Shown here in pieces: positions 41,240 through 52,635 of a stretch of DNA of 64,000 bases. The stretch comes from an uncultured Planctomycetaceae bacterium (GTDB taxonomy: Bacteria; Planctomycetota; Planctomycetia; Planctomycetales; Planctomycetaceae), in contig CAWFGE010000023.1 of assembly GCA_963815195.1 (NCBI GenBank), positions 96,001-160,000 of the forward strand, read 5' to 3'. The position numbers and the translations under genes are program-made. Positions within the stretch are counted from its first letter, which is position 1. The number at the start of each line of letters is the position of its first letter. The notes below the pieces were generated by a model. The model had not been told where the DNA came from. It saw only the letters and a program-made list of their open reading frames with translations, and searched no databases.

Positions 41240-41938
41240 ATGAAGGTCACGACGACGAAATCTTCCAAACGCCAGGTGGAGGCATCGTCTCCCGAAGAAG
41301 AGACCGCGCTGCGAAAGCGCGAGGCTTTGGATGCGATCCCTGAGCCTTGGAGCTATAACCCCTCCGGCTGGGATCAGCGAATCCCTATTTGCATCCTGGC
41401 GATGGTGGCCTGCGTCATTGCCAGCTACATGGGATTTTATCAATGGCGGCTCATCGGCTCGGTATGGGATCCGGTGTACGGAAAGCAAACGCAAAACGTC
41501 TTGAATTCGAATGTCTCCGATTGGATGCGGTATTGGATTTTGCTTCCGGATGCCGTTTTGGGAGCCTTCGGCTATCTGGGCGATGCGATCTTCGGTCTGG
41601 CCGGCTCGACCCGGCGTTGGCAATATCGGCCTTGGCTGGTCGTGATTTTTGGGATCGACGTGATCCCGTTGGGAATCGTCAGCGTGATCCTGGTCGTGCT
41701 GCAGGGCACAGTGGTCGGCTACTGGTGTTTTCCGTGTTTGATCACCGCGGCGATTTCGCTGGTCCTCGTTTACATGGCGGCGGATGAGGTCTGGTCGTGC
41801 CTGTTGTTTTTGCATCGCGTGTGGCGGGAGACGGGGAGCCGATCGATTCTCTGGAAAACCTTTTGCGGACGCTGGACCCCCGAAGCCGAGAAGATCGCCG
41901 CCGACTTCGTGCGTTTGCCCGAAGAGGCGTCCGCTTGA
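41240..41938 (+). CDS. Vitamin K epoxide reductase (VKOR) family membrane protein
   Basis: [40 protein letters not shown] (CxxC); 4 TM. Confidence 0.85.
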   Translation: MKVTTTKSSKRQVEASSPEEETALRKREALDAIPEPWSYNPSGWDQRIPICILAMVACVIASYMGFYQWRLIGSVWDPVYGKQTQNVLNSNVSDWMRYWILLPDAVLGAFGYLGDAIFGLAGSTRRWQYRPWLVVIFGIDVIPLGIVSVILVVLQGTVVGYWCFPCLITAAISLVLVYMAADEVWSCLLFLHRVWRETGSRSILWKTFCGRWTPEAEKIAADFVRLPEEASA

Positions 41939-41958
41939 CGAAAAGCAAGGAGCGAACG

Positions 41959-42312
41959 ATGTGGAGCCGGGTCGTGGAAGTGATGTTTGGAATTTGGCTG
42001 CTCCTCAGCCCGTGGATCTTTCGCCATTCGCCGGCGGACGCCGGGTGGTGGATCAACGACATGGCGACGGGAGCCGCGGTGATCGTGTTCGGCCTTTTCT
42101 CGTTCTGGAAGCCCACCCGCCGGGCTCACGTGCTGACGTTGCTCTTGGGAGGGTGGCTGATCGGATTTGCTTACCATCAAGGCTTCGGCAATTCGTCCCC
42201 GGCCGCTCAAAACGATTTGATGCTCGGGCTTTTGCTGCTCATGTTTGCGGTGATTCCCAACCGCTGCGACCGTGCGCCTCGCTCATGGGACGAAAGACGC
42301 CTCGCTTGCTGA
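41959..42312 (+). CDS. SPW-repeat membrane protein
   Basis: AGGAG RBS; GIWLLLSPWIF; 4 hydrophobic segments. Confidence 0.8.
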   Translation: MWSRVVEVMFGIWLLLSPWIFRHSPADAGWWINDMATGAAVIVFGLFSFWKPTRRAHVLTLLLGGWLIGFAYHQGFGNSSPAAQNDLMLGLLLLMFAVIPNRCDRAPRSWDERRLAC

Positions 42313-42329
42313 GACTGTGATTGAAGATC

Positions 42330-42409
42330 TGAGCGGTAGGCGCGAGCCTCCGGTTTCGATGAAAGGATCGTCACAAAATCAAGACCGGCGGCTCGCGCCG
42401 TGCCGCTCA
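42330..42409. repeat. REP-like inverted pair between convergent genes
   Basis: tgagcggtaggcgcgagcctccggt versus reverse complement of the right arm, tgagcggcacggcgcgagccgccggt. Confidence 0.7.
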
Positions 42410-42427
42410 ACTTGTCGGAATCGCGCG

Positions 42428-42859
42428 TCAATCGCCGCGGGTGGTGGTCGTGCAGGCGAAGTCGAGCCGCAGGCAGGTTTGCCCGCCGACGGACGCTTTT
42501 CCCGAAAGGAAGAAGGCGCTTGCGAGCTTTTCGATCAGGGTGACTTCGATGTCGAGCGTCTCGCCGGGACACACCATTCGCCGAAACCGCGTGTTGTTTT
42601 GGCGGGTGACGACGGGGATTTGTCCCGGCTCGACCGGATGCATTTTGGCAATCAGCACGGCCGCGGCTTGAAAGCAGGCCTCGCATTGGAGCACGCCGGG
42701 CAAGACCGGAAAACCGGGATAATGGCCCTCGAACACGGGCAGGCCGGGATCGAGATATTTGCGGGCGTGAATCGTGGTCTCGCCGATCTCCACAACCTCG
42801 TCCAGCCACAAAAACGGCGGCCGGTGCGGAATCAGCTTTTGAATCTCGTCGATGTTCAT
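42428..42859 (-). CDS. fabZ: 3-hydroxyacyl-ACP dehydratase FabZ family
   Basis: IPHRPPFLWLD, FEGHYPGFPVLPGVLQCE, RFRRMVCPG. Confidence 0.85.
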   Translation of the reverse strand: MNIDEIQKLIPHRPPFLWLDEVVEIGETTIHARKYLDPGLPVFEGHYPGFPVLPGVLQCEACFQAAAVLIAKMHPVEPGQIPVVTRQNNTRFRRMVCPGETLDIEVTLIEKLASAFFLSGKASVGGQTCLRLDFACTTTTRGD

Positions 42860-43044
42860 GGGATTAACTTGATGGCCGATTTCGTTTCTCGGTCGAGATT
42901 TCAACCTGTGACCGTATCGGAAAAAACAGAATCATGCAGCACAAAACCATGTTTTGCAATCCTCGCGGCAGATCCTTTGACAATGAAGCCGCAGCAAAGG
43001 CTTCGAATGATTCTGTGCCTCATGATTCTGTATTTGCTCAATCG

Positions 43045-43581
43045 CCGAATGCAAGCCTTTGGGTGGCTGGGCGCAAATTCCCCTTGGAGTAAGGCTAGAA
43101 CTGTGAATGCTGGGGCTGTGGCCGAGCGAGAAAAATATCGCACGGCCCCAGGCCTCCGAATGCAAGCGTTTGGGTGGCTGGGGCGCAAATTCCCCTTGGA
43201 GTAAGGCTAGAACTGTGAATGCTGGGGCTATGGCCGGGCGAGAAAAATTTCGCACGGCCCCAGGCCTCAATTCTGCTTTTTCCTTGGAACATTCCTTTGC
43301 GCCCCAGCCACCCCCGGCACTTTCGACTTACAGTCTGAGTAACAACGTCAAAAAAACCTCAGGCGAAAAACAACCGGGTGACGGCTCCCAAGGCGAGGTG
43401 AATGCTGGGGCTGTGGCCGGGCGAGAAAAATTTCGCACGGCCCCAGGCCTCAAATCTGCTTTTTCCTTGGAACATTCCTTTGCGCCCCAGCCACCCCCGG
43501 CACTTTCGACTTACAGTCTGAGTAACAACGTCAAAAAATCCTCAGGCGAAAAACAACCGGGTGACGGCTCCCAAGGCGAGG
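43045..43581. repeat. Nested tandem duplications (about 111 bp x2 and 183 bp x2) around a 142-bp element with terminal inverted repeats
   Basis: Units start at 43045/43156 and 43215/43398. Element 43172-43313 is bounded by gggtggctggggcgcaaa / tttgcgccccagccaccc. Confidence 0.85.
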
Positions 43582-44423
43582 CCGGCGAGGACGCCGGCGG
43601 GGAGTTGGTGGAGGGCATAACCCAGGCCCCAACCCAAAGCCGGCCGCCAGCCGCGGTTGTCGCCCGCGATTTGCCACCCGACGTATTCGCCCAGCGAGCT
43701 TCGCGTGGCGTCGAACACGACGCGGTTGCGGCGGAAGCCCAAAAACAGCCCCAAAAGAAGTCCCTGCACGCCCAACCCCAATCCGCCCAACACACACCAC
43801 GTCGCCAGGGCGGGCCAGGCGGTTTCGAGTCCCGCAATGATTGGAAACAAAGCCGCCGCGAACACCAATCCCCCGCCGAAGGACGCCAGCGCTGTCGGCC
43901 AGGGCAGGCTTTTGGCGAACGCCACGCGGTCGGCGTGTTGCTGGGGCGAGAGGCTGACGAAACCCGCATAGGGGTTGTTCTCGTGGCGAAACAGCCAAAA
44001 CACCCACTCCACCGCGATCCCGTAAATGCTGCTGAGCACCACCAGGCCCAAATATCCGCCCGCCGCCCACGCGGTCTGGGGGGAATATCCCGCCCGGAAC
44101 AGAACGCTCAGCCCCCAGGCGAACAGGCCGCTGACCAGAAATCCCCCGCACCAGATCACGGCCCAGCGAAGGGCGCTGCCCAGCACGCGGACGAAGCTTC
44201 CCAGCACCACCAATCCGAGAATCAGGGGCAACAACAGAATCGGCATCCAGACCTGCAAACCCACGATGGGGAAATGCGGTTGCCGGGGAAACGAAGCGGC
44301 GGCTTGGTGCTCCACCCTGCGAAGTGTCGCCTTCACCGCGGCCCGCCGTGCCGGGGAAAGACGAAAATGATGCAAGGTTTGTCCTGGTCGCGACGGACTC
44401 CGCGCTAAAACCGGCATCTCCAC
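43542..44423 (-). CDS. Hypothetical multi-pass membrane protein
   Basis: 293-aa ORF with about 6-7 Gly-rich hydrophobic segments. Confidence 0.65.
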   Translation of the reverse strand: MEMPVLARSPSRPGQTLHHFRLSPARRAAVKATLRRVEHQAAASFPRQPHFPIVGLQVWMPILLLPLILGLVVLGSFVRVLGSALRWAVIWCGGFLVSGLFAWGLSVLFRAGYSPQTAWAAGGYLGLVVLSSIYGIAVEWVFWLFRHENNPYAGFVSLSPQQHADRVAFAKSLPWPTALASFGGGLVFAAALFPIIAGLETAWPALATWCVLGGLGLGVQGLLLGLFLGFRRNRVVFDATRSSLGEYVGWQIAGDNRGWRPALGWGLGYALHQLPAGVLAGLALGAVTRLFFA

Positions 44424-44655
44424 GCTCCTTCCGAGTTGTTACGGTCAGGGGGTTCTTCACCAAACTCCGCAGGACAAATGACCAAGACCCATCCACAATT
44501 TCCGAATCGCGATGGAACCTTGCCATCCAATCAGTATACTAAAATGCTGGAGGAGGCAGGCGCGGATTTTGCAGCCTGCGGGAAAAACGGTCCTGCGTCC
44601 GCCCAGATGGGGAAATCCGCCATTGCCGATTCGATTGGTCTCAGGGAGAAATTTC

Positions 44656-47600
44656 ATGATGTCTCGGTCCAATGCCACAGACAAAAGGCTCGCCTCGGTT
44701 CGATGGTGGGGCTTGGCGACCATGTGTTGGTTGGGGCTGGCCAATCTGGGTTGGGGGCAATTTGGGGGGGGCGGATTTTTTCCCAATCCCGGCACCCTGG
44801 CCGACGGGGAGGGCGTCCCGTCCACCGGAACGCCTTTGGACATCGACCGCCGATTGAAGCAGTCGATCAATCTGGCGGAAGACTATCTGGCCGAGGGGAA
44901 AACGCCCGAAGCTCTCGAAATCTGGCAAAACGTTTTGACCCATGCGAAGAACGCGCTGACTTCGCACGACGACTGGAACGTAAAAACCTCGTTCGCCAAG
45001 CGGAACTACACGGTGTATCGGCCGATCACCGCCGACATCGAACGCCGCCTGGCGAAGTTACCCGCGGGGGATTTGCGGCTGTATCGCCAGACGTACGACC
45101 CCGACGCCGAGCTGCTGCTCAAGCACAAGGGCCAATCCGGCCGTCTCTCGGCGTTGGAAGAAATCGTCGATCATTACTTCATGAGCTCGCTCGGCGATGA
45201 GGCCGCGTATTATCTCGCGATGATGCGGTTCGACGAGGGCGACTACGTCGGGTCGGCGCGGCTGATGCACAAAATCCTGACCAACTATCCCGAGAGCAAC
45301 ATCTCTCCCAAGCAGCTTCGCTACCGGTTGGCACTCGCGTGCGTTCGCATGCGGGACTTTGCGAGCGCGAAACAATACTGGGACGAATACACGCAGTTGG
45401 CGGGAAATCCGGTTCCTGAAATCAGCCGCCGCCGATTCCGCCAAGAACTGGCCCGGGCGGAAAAATCGCCGCAGCCGACGGCGGGGCGGCCGGCGTCGTG
45501 GCGGATGCAATTCGGCGGGCCGGCCCGCAATCTCGACATGGCGGCGCTCCCGCCCGATTCGCTGGACGAGCAGCTCTCGGAGAATTGGGTGGTTCCGTTT
45601 GAAACCCAAATCCAGCAAACCGTTCCCAACAACCGCTCCAACACGCGGACCTTGGTCATGGCCGGCGGGCGGATCGTGCAAGTCGCCCGGCCGTTAAACG
45701 GCTCTTCCCCGGCTTCCAACCCGTGGAAATCCCTGGCGGATGAATGGCGCAACAACGCTTGGATGCCGGCCCGGCAATTGTATTTCGAGCAGGGGCGGAT
45801 GTTCGTCAACGGCAACGGCCGGGTGATGTGCTTCGATCCCAAAGAAGGCCGAACGGTCTGGATGGGCCGCCGCTACCAATACGAAGCCGACTCCGCGATC
45901 CGCTACTTCGCCGCCGTGGGGGGGAATCTCAATCAAGGTGCGGGACGGCTGCCGACGACGATTCCGGAAATCCGCTTGTTCGGCGATCGGCTGCATCCGT
46001 CGATGACGATCGACGACGGCACGCTGTATGCTTTGGAAGGGGAGTTGCTCGATTGGGGCGTCAAACCCCGCGACGACGCGATGCAAAACACGAACGTGGT
46101 GCTGGGACTCAGACGGGCGCGGAAGAACTGCATGGCCGCTTACGATGCCCGCACCGGCAAGTTGAAATGGCATCGCGAAGCCGGCGATCCCGGAAAAGAA
46201 AAAGAGGATCCCGAGAACGCGGCCGGACCCACGGCATTTCTGGGTTCTCCGGTTCCGTTTGGCGATCGGCTGCTGGTGCCGGTTTCCCACAAGGGCGAAC
46301 TGTGGATCTATTCGCTCTACAAAGACACGGGGACGACGGATTGGAAGATCTTTCTCTGGGACGAGCCGCTCGACGGCGTTTCGCCGTGGTCGGCGATCGG
46401 CACGGCCGTCGAGGGAGCGGATTTGTACGTCGCCACCGGCATGGGGCTGGTGTTTGCCCTGGATGCCTCGACCGGCAAAGTCCATTGGGCCACGCGGTAT
46501 GACCGGGAAGGCTTCCGTCCCAGCGGGAACCGGCGGGTCGTCAATCCCGCCTCGCTTGCCTCCTCCGTGAAGCATGGCTGGCTGGAAGATGTGATCATCC
46601 CGCAAGGCAATCAACTCGTGGTGATGCCCTCGGATTACGACCGCGTCCTCGCGCTCGATCGCCGCACCGGAAACCTGCTCTGGGATTCGCCGCAGGTGCC
46701 CTTCGAAGGCGACGCCCGCGCCAGCTATTGCCTGGGCGTTTCGGGGCAAGGCTTGTTCGTCGGCGGGAAAGACGTAGTGCGAAAATACGACATTCCGTCC
46801 GGCAAATTGCTCTGGGAGCTTGTGTTGGGCGATTTTCCCCTGTCCGGCCAACCGGCGTTGACACCCAAAGCGATCTACATTCCCCAGCGGGACTCCATCC
46901 TCCAGGTCGATCCCGAAACCGGCCGCCGGCTCGCCCAAACCAAAGTCTTCACCCCCACCGGCGAACCCTTGGGGAACTTGTTCTCCGACGGCCGGCATTT
47001 GTACGGCGTGGGCAGCCAGCGGGTGTACGCCTTGGAAAGCCTGACCGACCGCATGCGAACGTTGGCCAAGCGGATCGAGGAAGGCGACGGCGAGGCCCAA
47101 CTCACGCGGATGCGGATTCATCTGCAACGGGGAAACCGGCTGGCCGCGATCGACGACCTGCGGGCCGCTTGCCGAAAGATTCGCCAGCGCGAGGGGCTCG
47201 TCCATTCGTGGGTCGCACTTTACGGCGGCCTCGAAGAACTCAACCTGCCCTCGAACGAGCCGGAAACCGCGCTGGCCATGCTGGTGGAATCGCATCTGCC
47301 CGCGATCGCCCAGGAAGACGCCTTGCGCGGCGAGATTTCCGACTCCATCAATTCCACCCTCGAATCCCAGCGCGGCCGCTTGATTTTCTCGGCCCTGCAA
47401 GCGGTGGGAACCGGCAAACAAACGACCGCTCTGGAGACCGTGCTCGCGGCGACCGCGCTTTGCACCACGCCGCAATTGGAAACGTTCGCCGTCCGCACCG
47501 TGGGCGATTTGGCCGCGGAGGAGCATCGCGGGCTTTTGGACAGGGCCCTCAAGAACGGAACCGTGCCCGTGCGCCTCGCCGCCGCGGAGGGGTTGCTCAA

Positions 47601-48640
47601 AATCGCACCGGACGACTCGCAAACGATCGCGGGCGGCTTGCTCGGCGATCCCGAAGACCGGGTCCGGCTCCGCGGGGCGCTCGTGCTGGCGAACCAAGGC
47701 GACCACAAAGTGCTTCCGGTGCTCGGAGGAGCTGCTCGAATCGGAGGACCTCAACGTGCGCGTGCACGGGGCTTCCATTTTGCGGGCCCTGACGGGGCAG
47801 AACTTCCGCTTCACCGCGTATGAAAAACCCGATGTTCGCGCGGCGGTGGTCTCCAAGTGGAAACACTGGATCGAAACCGAAGGCCCCGCCGCCAAGCTGA
47901 CGTTTCCCCTCAAATACGGCGCCGCGCCGCGCGGCCGGACGCTCTACACCGTTTACAACAACAATACGATCTACGAAACGGATCCCAGCGGAAACATCGT
48001 CTGGCGGCAAAGCATCTCGGGACCGTGGGCGTGCCAGGGGCTTCCCAACGGGCACCGCCTCGTCGGTTCCTACCGGACCCGCTCCCTCCAAGAGTTTGAC
48101 GAGAGCGGCAAGGAGGTCTGGAGAAAAGACAGCCTCCCCGGGGCCCCCTACAGCGTCCAGCGGTTGGACAACGGCAACACCTTGGTGAGCTGCTCGAACA
48201 ACCGCGTTTACGAATACACGCCGGACGGGAAAATCGCCTGGGAAACCGATGTCACCGGAACCCCTCGCTCCGTGAGCCGGTTGGACAACGGCAATACCCT
48301 CATTGCGGTTTACAGCCAGAACGAAGTCGTGGAAGTGGACGTCAAAGGCAAGGTCGTCTGGAGGGCCGGGAATGTCAACACCCCCATGACGGCCCAACGC
48401 CTGCCCAACGGGCATACCCTCGTGGGCCAGTATAACAGCCATCTGATCGTCGAACTCGACGAGAGCGGCAAGTCCGTGTGGAGCAAGCAATGGCCGTATC
48501 CGTTGTTCGATGTCCAGCGGCTCGACACCGGCAATACGATCGTCGCCGATTCTATCGGCTGGACGGAGATCGATCCCGAAGGAAAAACCGTGAAACAGGT
48601 CCGCCAAACCAACGGCATCCGGTGCGTGTCCCGGTTTTAA
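44656..48640 (+). CDS. Large secreted TPR + PQQ-propeller + HEAT + C-terminal beta-propeller protein; 1 apparent frameshift (~47728)
   Basis: Signal-like N-terminus, TPR-like helices, AYDARTGKLKW/ALDASTGKVHW blades, HEAT helices. The reading VLxELLESEDLNVRVHGASILRALTGQ continues into ORF 47756-48640 and matches the two downstream paralogues. Confidence 0.8.
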
Positions 48641-48725
48641 GTCCGGTCCTCAACCCGTTGGAATCCGGCGACCGGGACGGGCTTTTCCCAAACAGAAACA
48701 GAAATCCCAAAAAACGGAGCCTCTC

Positions 48726-50435
48726 ATGCCCTTGAGTGGTATCACAGTACAACCTGAGTTTTCGGCAATCGAGAGTCCTTCGCGGAGACGGCTGGGTCTT
48801 TTTGGGTGGGCGGTGTTTTTTGCTCTCGCAGCGGGCGAATGCGTGGTGGCCCAAGCTCAGGCCGCGCCGCTCGATCCCGGCAGCGTCGAGCGGATCAAAA
48901 CGGAGCTCAAAGACATCGGCATCCAGCCGACCGCCGAGGGCCTCGGGGAATATCTCAAAGACCTGCATCCGAGTTCCGAAACGGCGGCGCGGATGAAAAA
49001 GCTGATTTCCGACTTGGGCGACGAGGATTTCTACCGCCGGGAGGCCGCGATGACGGAACTCTTGCGGCTGCCGGTGCATTCTCCGCAGATCTTTCAAAAA
49101 GCCATCGACGCGGGCGACGCGGAGATTCGCTGGCGGGCGAAGCAGGTGCTCAAGCTCGGAAATTCCCGCACCGAGCGGGTGTTGCATTCGGCGTTTCAGT
49201 TGATTCGGCAGGAGAAAATGGCGGGGCTGTTTGCCCCGGTGCTTGATGCGATTCCCTTCTGCACCGAGACTTACATCCGCGAGGAAGCGCTCAAAACCCT
49301 CAAAACCATTGCGACCGCCGAGGATGTGCCCATGATCCAAGCCGCGCTCAATCGCTCCGACCAGCCGACGCGGGAAATCGCAATCGCGACGCTCGAACAC
49401 GTCGTCAAAGGCGACGCCGATCCCGATCTGATGCCGTTTCTGAAGTCGGACGATCAAAGTTTGCGGCTGGCGGCGGCGCGGGCGCTGCTCAATCACGGCC
49501 GCCGCGGGGCCTTGCCGATGCTGGTCGATCTGCTCAATGCCGACGATCTGGACATTCGCGCAAGAACGGCGGAAACGCTCCGCCTGGCGACGGGGCAGAA
49601 TTTTTCCTTTGTCGCCTACGACACCGTGTCGCGGCGCGGCGTCGCGCACAGCAAATGGGTCAATTGGGTGGCGAACAACGCCACGACCGCCAAGCTCAAT
49701 TTCCCGATCCCCGACGGTCCCATCACCCGCCAGCACACGCTGATTTGCAACTATTCGCTCAAGAAAGTCGTCGAGCTGGACGCGAATCACAAAGAGGTCT
49801 GGTCCACGGAATTGGACGGAGCCTGGGGCTGCCAGGGACTTTCCAACGGGCATCGGCTCGTTACGTCCTACTCGCAGCGATCGATCATCGAATACGACAC
49901 GGCCGGGAAAAAGATCTGGGAGAAAAACCAACTCCCCGGTTTGCCCTACAGCGTCGAGCGGCTCGGCAACGGCAACACGCTCGTCACCTGCTCCAACAAC
50001 CAGGTGCTGGAATACTCGCCCGACGGGAAGATGGCCTGGCAGCACCAACTCACCGGTACGCCGCGGGATGCGCAGCGGCTCGGCAACGGAAACACCCTGG
50101 TCGTGCTCTACTCCACCCAGCAAATCGTGGAACTCGACCGGAAAGGCAAAGAAGTCTGGAAACTGGAGAACATGCAGAGGCCGCTGTGCGCCCAACGGCT
50201 CGACAACGGGAACACGCTCATCTGCCAATTGTCAGGCCGCCGGCTCGTGGAAGTTGACCGCAAAGGCGACGAGGTCTGGTCGCAGAATATGAACTTCTCG
50301 GTCTACGACGCCCAGCGCCTTCCCAACGGCAACACGCTGGTCGTCGGAGCGACCGGAGCCGTGGAGTTCGACCGGCAGGGCCAAACCGTCTGGCAACGGA
50401 ACGAGCCCGGCATGCGCGGGATTCACCGGTTCTGA
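48726..50435 (+). CDS. Secreted HEAT-repeat + beta-propeller protein, paralogue 2
   Basis: Signal peptide, LGDEDFYRREAA, HEAT repeats, repeated RLxNGNTL...VELD..GK.VW blades. Confidence 0.82.
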   Translation: MPLSGITVQPEFSAIESPSRRRLGLFGWAVFFALAAGECVVAQAQAAPLDPGSVERIKTELKDIGIQPTAEGLGEYLKDLHPSSETAARMKKLISDLGDEDFYRREAAMTELLRLPVHSPQIFQKAIDAGDAEIRWRAKQVLKLGNSRTERVLHSAFQLIRQEKMAGLFAPVLDAIPFCTETYIREEALKTLKTIATAEDVPMIQAALNRSDQPTREIAIATLEHVVKGDADPDLMPFLKSDDQSLRLAAARALLNHGRRGALPMLVDLLNADDLDIRARTAETLRLATGQNFSFVAYDTVSRRGVAHSKWVNWVANNATTAKLNFPIPDGPITRQHTLICNYSLKKVVELDANHKEVWSTELDGAWGCQGLSNGHRLVTSYSQRSIIEYDTAGKKIWEKNQLPGLPYSVERLGNGNTLVTCSNNQVLEYSPDGKMAWQHQLTGTPRDAQRLGNGNTLVVLYSTQQIVELDRKGKEVWKLENMQRPLCAQRLDNGNTLICQLSGRRLVEVDRKGDEVWSQNMNFSVYDAQRLPNGNTLVVGATGAVEFDRQGQTVWQRNEPGMRGIHRF

Positions 50436-50675
50436 CCAACAATTGAAACGGACAACACGGAGTTTCCAAAATCTGAGCCGTCGGCGCTGGCCTCGGGTCT
50501 TCGACATGGGGACAAAAAGGCGAGCGGGGGGCGTAAGCCGCGTAAGCCCCTGGTTATGTTGAGTCGTTCAAAAGTTGAAATTATTTTTTGGCGATCCCAG
50601 GCAATTTTCAAACAGGTTCTGACAACTGATGAAGAACAGGCGGTGGGAGTCATCGCCGTCATTGGAGTGCACAAC

Positions 50676-52337
50676 ATGTTTTGCTCCGCGAGGTTTTCTC
50701 CAAAAATCTGGTTTCTGTTGGGAGCCTTTTGTCTGGCCGCGTTTCCGGCATCCGGGCTCTGGGCCAGCGAAAAAGCGTTGGAGATTCTGGAAAACAATGG
50801 ACTGAGCGCGGACGCGGATTCGCTGCGGGGATATTTGGAGTCCCTGCAGCCCGACAGCGAAACCACGAAGCACATCCAAAAACTCGTGAGGCAACTGGGG
50901 GACGAGGATTTCTTTCAGCGGGAGGCGGCGATTCAGGAATTGGTCCGCACGCCGATTCATACCCCGGGCTTATTGCAGAACGCCATCGAGGGCGACGACC
51001 CGGAAATCGCCTGGCGGGCCAAGCAAGTGCAAAAGCTCTCGGGCGGCCAGACCGAACGGTTGCTGTACGCCGTGTTTTCGGTGATCGAGACCCGGAGAAT
51101 CCCCGGACTCGCCGAGGCGATTATTGAAGCCTTCCCGCATTGCGAGGATGACTTTCTCAAATCGCGCGCGGCAAAAGCCTTGGCCGAAACCGCCACGGCC
51201 GCCGATACCGGGCTTTTGAGCGAGACCGCTCTCGCGGCCAAGACGGAGTCCCCGCCGGAGACGGCGCTCCGGATCGCGGCGATCTCGGCGTTGGAGGCAG
51301 TCAGCGGAAAAGGCGCCGACGACACGCTCGCCCAATTGCTGGGGCGTTCCCAGCCGGACGAGATTCGCCTCTCCGCCAGCCGGGCGATGGCGAACCACGG
51401 AAGCCGGCGTTCCCTGGCGACCTTGGTCGGACTTTTGGAATCGGAAGATGTGCTCGTGCGGACCAAGGCCGTGCGAGTTTTGCGAGCCGTCACCGGGCAG
51501 CAATACGAGTTTCAGGCCCACGAGGACCCGGTGGACCGCTCCATCAAAGTGCTGGCCTGGAAGCGCTGGCTCGAAGAAGACAGCCCCGCCGCGAAGCTGA
51601 ATTTCCCGTTGGACGAGGTCACGATCAACTTCGGCCGCACGCTTCTCGCCAACTATTCGCGGCGAAAAGTCTACGAACTCGACGCGGCAGGCAAAGTGGT
51701 CTGGGAACAAGATGTCAGCGGCGTGTGGACGGTCCGCGGATTGGAAAACGGGCACCGGCTCGTCGCATCCTACACGGGAAAATTCCTGGTCGAATACGAC
51801 AACGCCGGCAAGGAAGTCTGGCGGTTCGACGATCTGCCCAACAAGCCCTACAGCATCCAGCGGCTGCCCAACGGCAACACGCTCGTGCCGGTCTATGGAA
51901 ACGAGATTCTGGAAATCCGCCCCGACAAGACCTTCGCCCGCCGCATCCGGCTTCCCGAAACCGTCAAATGGGCCGAGCAGTTGGAGAACGGCCGGATTCT
52001 TGTCGTGTTTTACAACAGCGGGCGCATCGCCGAGTTGGACAACGAAGGCGAAGTTCTCTGGCAGGTCGCCGGAATGGGCCAGCCCTATTCCGTGGAGCGG
52101 CTGGGCAACGGCAATACGCTCGTCGCCAACCGGCGGAACAACCAGGTCGTGGAAGTGGACCGCGACGGCAAAATCGTTTGGTCCTTTGGTGCCAAGCCCA
52201 GTTTGTACCGCGCCCAGCGACTCCGCAACGGCAACACGCTCATCGTGACCTCAGCCGGTGCCGTCGAAATCGATCCCGCGGGCGAAACCGTGTGGAGTCG
52301 CGACGAAAGCGGCCTCCGCGGCATCGACCGCTATTGA
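50676..52337 (+). CDS. Secreted HEAT-repeat + beta-propeller protein, paralogue 3
   Basis: Same architecture as 48726-50435: LGDEDFFQREAA, RLxNGNTL repeats. Confidence 0.82.
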   Translation: MFCSARFSPKIWFLLGAFCLAAFPASGLWASEKALEILENNGLSADADSLRGYLESLQPDSETTKHIQKLVRQLGDEDFFQREAAIQELVRTPIHTPGLLQNAIEGDDPEIAWRAKQVQKLSGGQTERLLYAVFSVIETRRIPGLAEAIIEAFPHCEDDFLKSRAAKALAETATAADTGLLSETALAAKTESPPETALRIAAISALEAVSGKGADDTLAQLLGRSQPDEIRLSASRAMANHGSRRSLATLVGLLESEDVLVRTKAVRVLRAVTGQQYEFQAHEDPVDRSIKVLAWKRWLEEDSPAAKLNFPLDEVTINFGRTLLANYSRRKVYELDAAGKVVWEQDVSGVWTVRGLENGHRLVASYTGKFLVEYDNAGKEVWRFDDLPNKPYSIQRLPNGNTLVPVYGNEILEIRPDKTFARRIRLPETVKWAEQLENGRILVVFYNSGRIAELDNEGEVLWQVAGMGQPYSVERLGNGNTLVANRRNNQVVEVDRDGKIVWSFGAKPSLYRAQRLRNGNTLIVTSAGAVEIDPAGETVWSRDESGLRGIDRY

Positions 52338-52635
52338 GTCCCTTGGGGCGATTTCCTCCAATTCTCCCAACGTTCCTCCGCTCGCCGGTCATCGGGCTGT
52401 TAAACTTTAACGGCTATGCCGATTCTGCCGGGAAAATCGGTTTTTTCGGCCCGAAAATGCCACAAACGTTCCTGGTGTGCCGGTCGATCGGGCGATATGA
52501 GATAAGCACGAAAATCCGTTTTTCGTGAATCTGCCGCTCTTGCGGGCCGGATCAACCATTGGATCGCTTGATGGTTCCCACGCGGGATGGGTGTCTCACG
52601 ATCTTTGTTGTCCATTTTGGGGGGAGTTCTCAAGG

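Noticed and set aside
43045..43581. CRISPR array
   Set aside because: Repeat units are 111-183 bp, the intervening sequences are duplicated rather than unique spacers, and no cas genes are present.
43107..44408. 433-aa ORF with internal peptide repeats
   Set aside because: It is a by-product of the DNA duplication plus the antisense frame of the membrane-protein gene.
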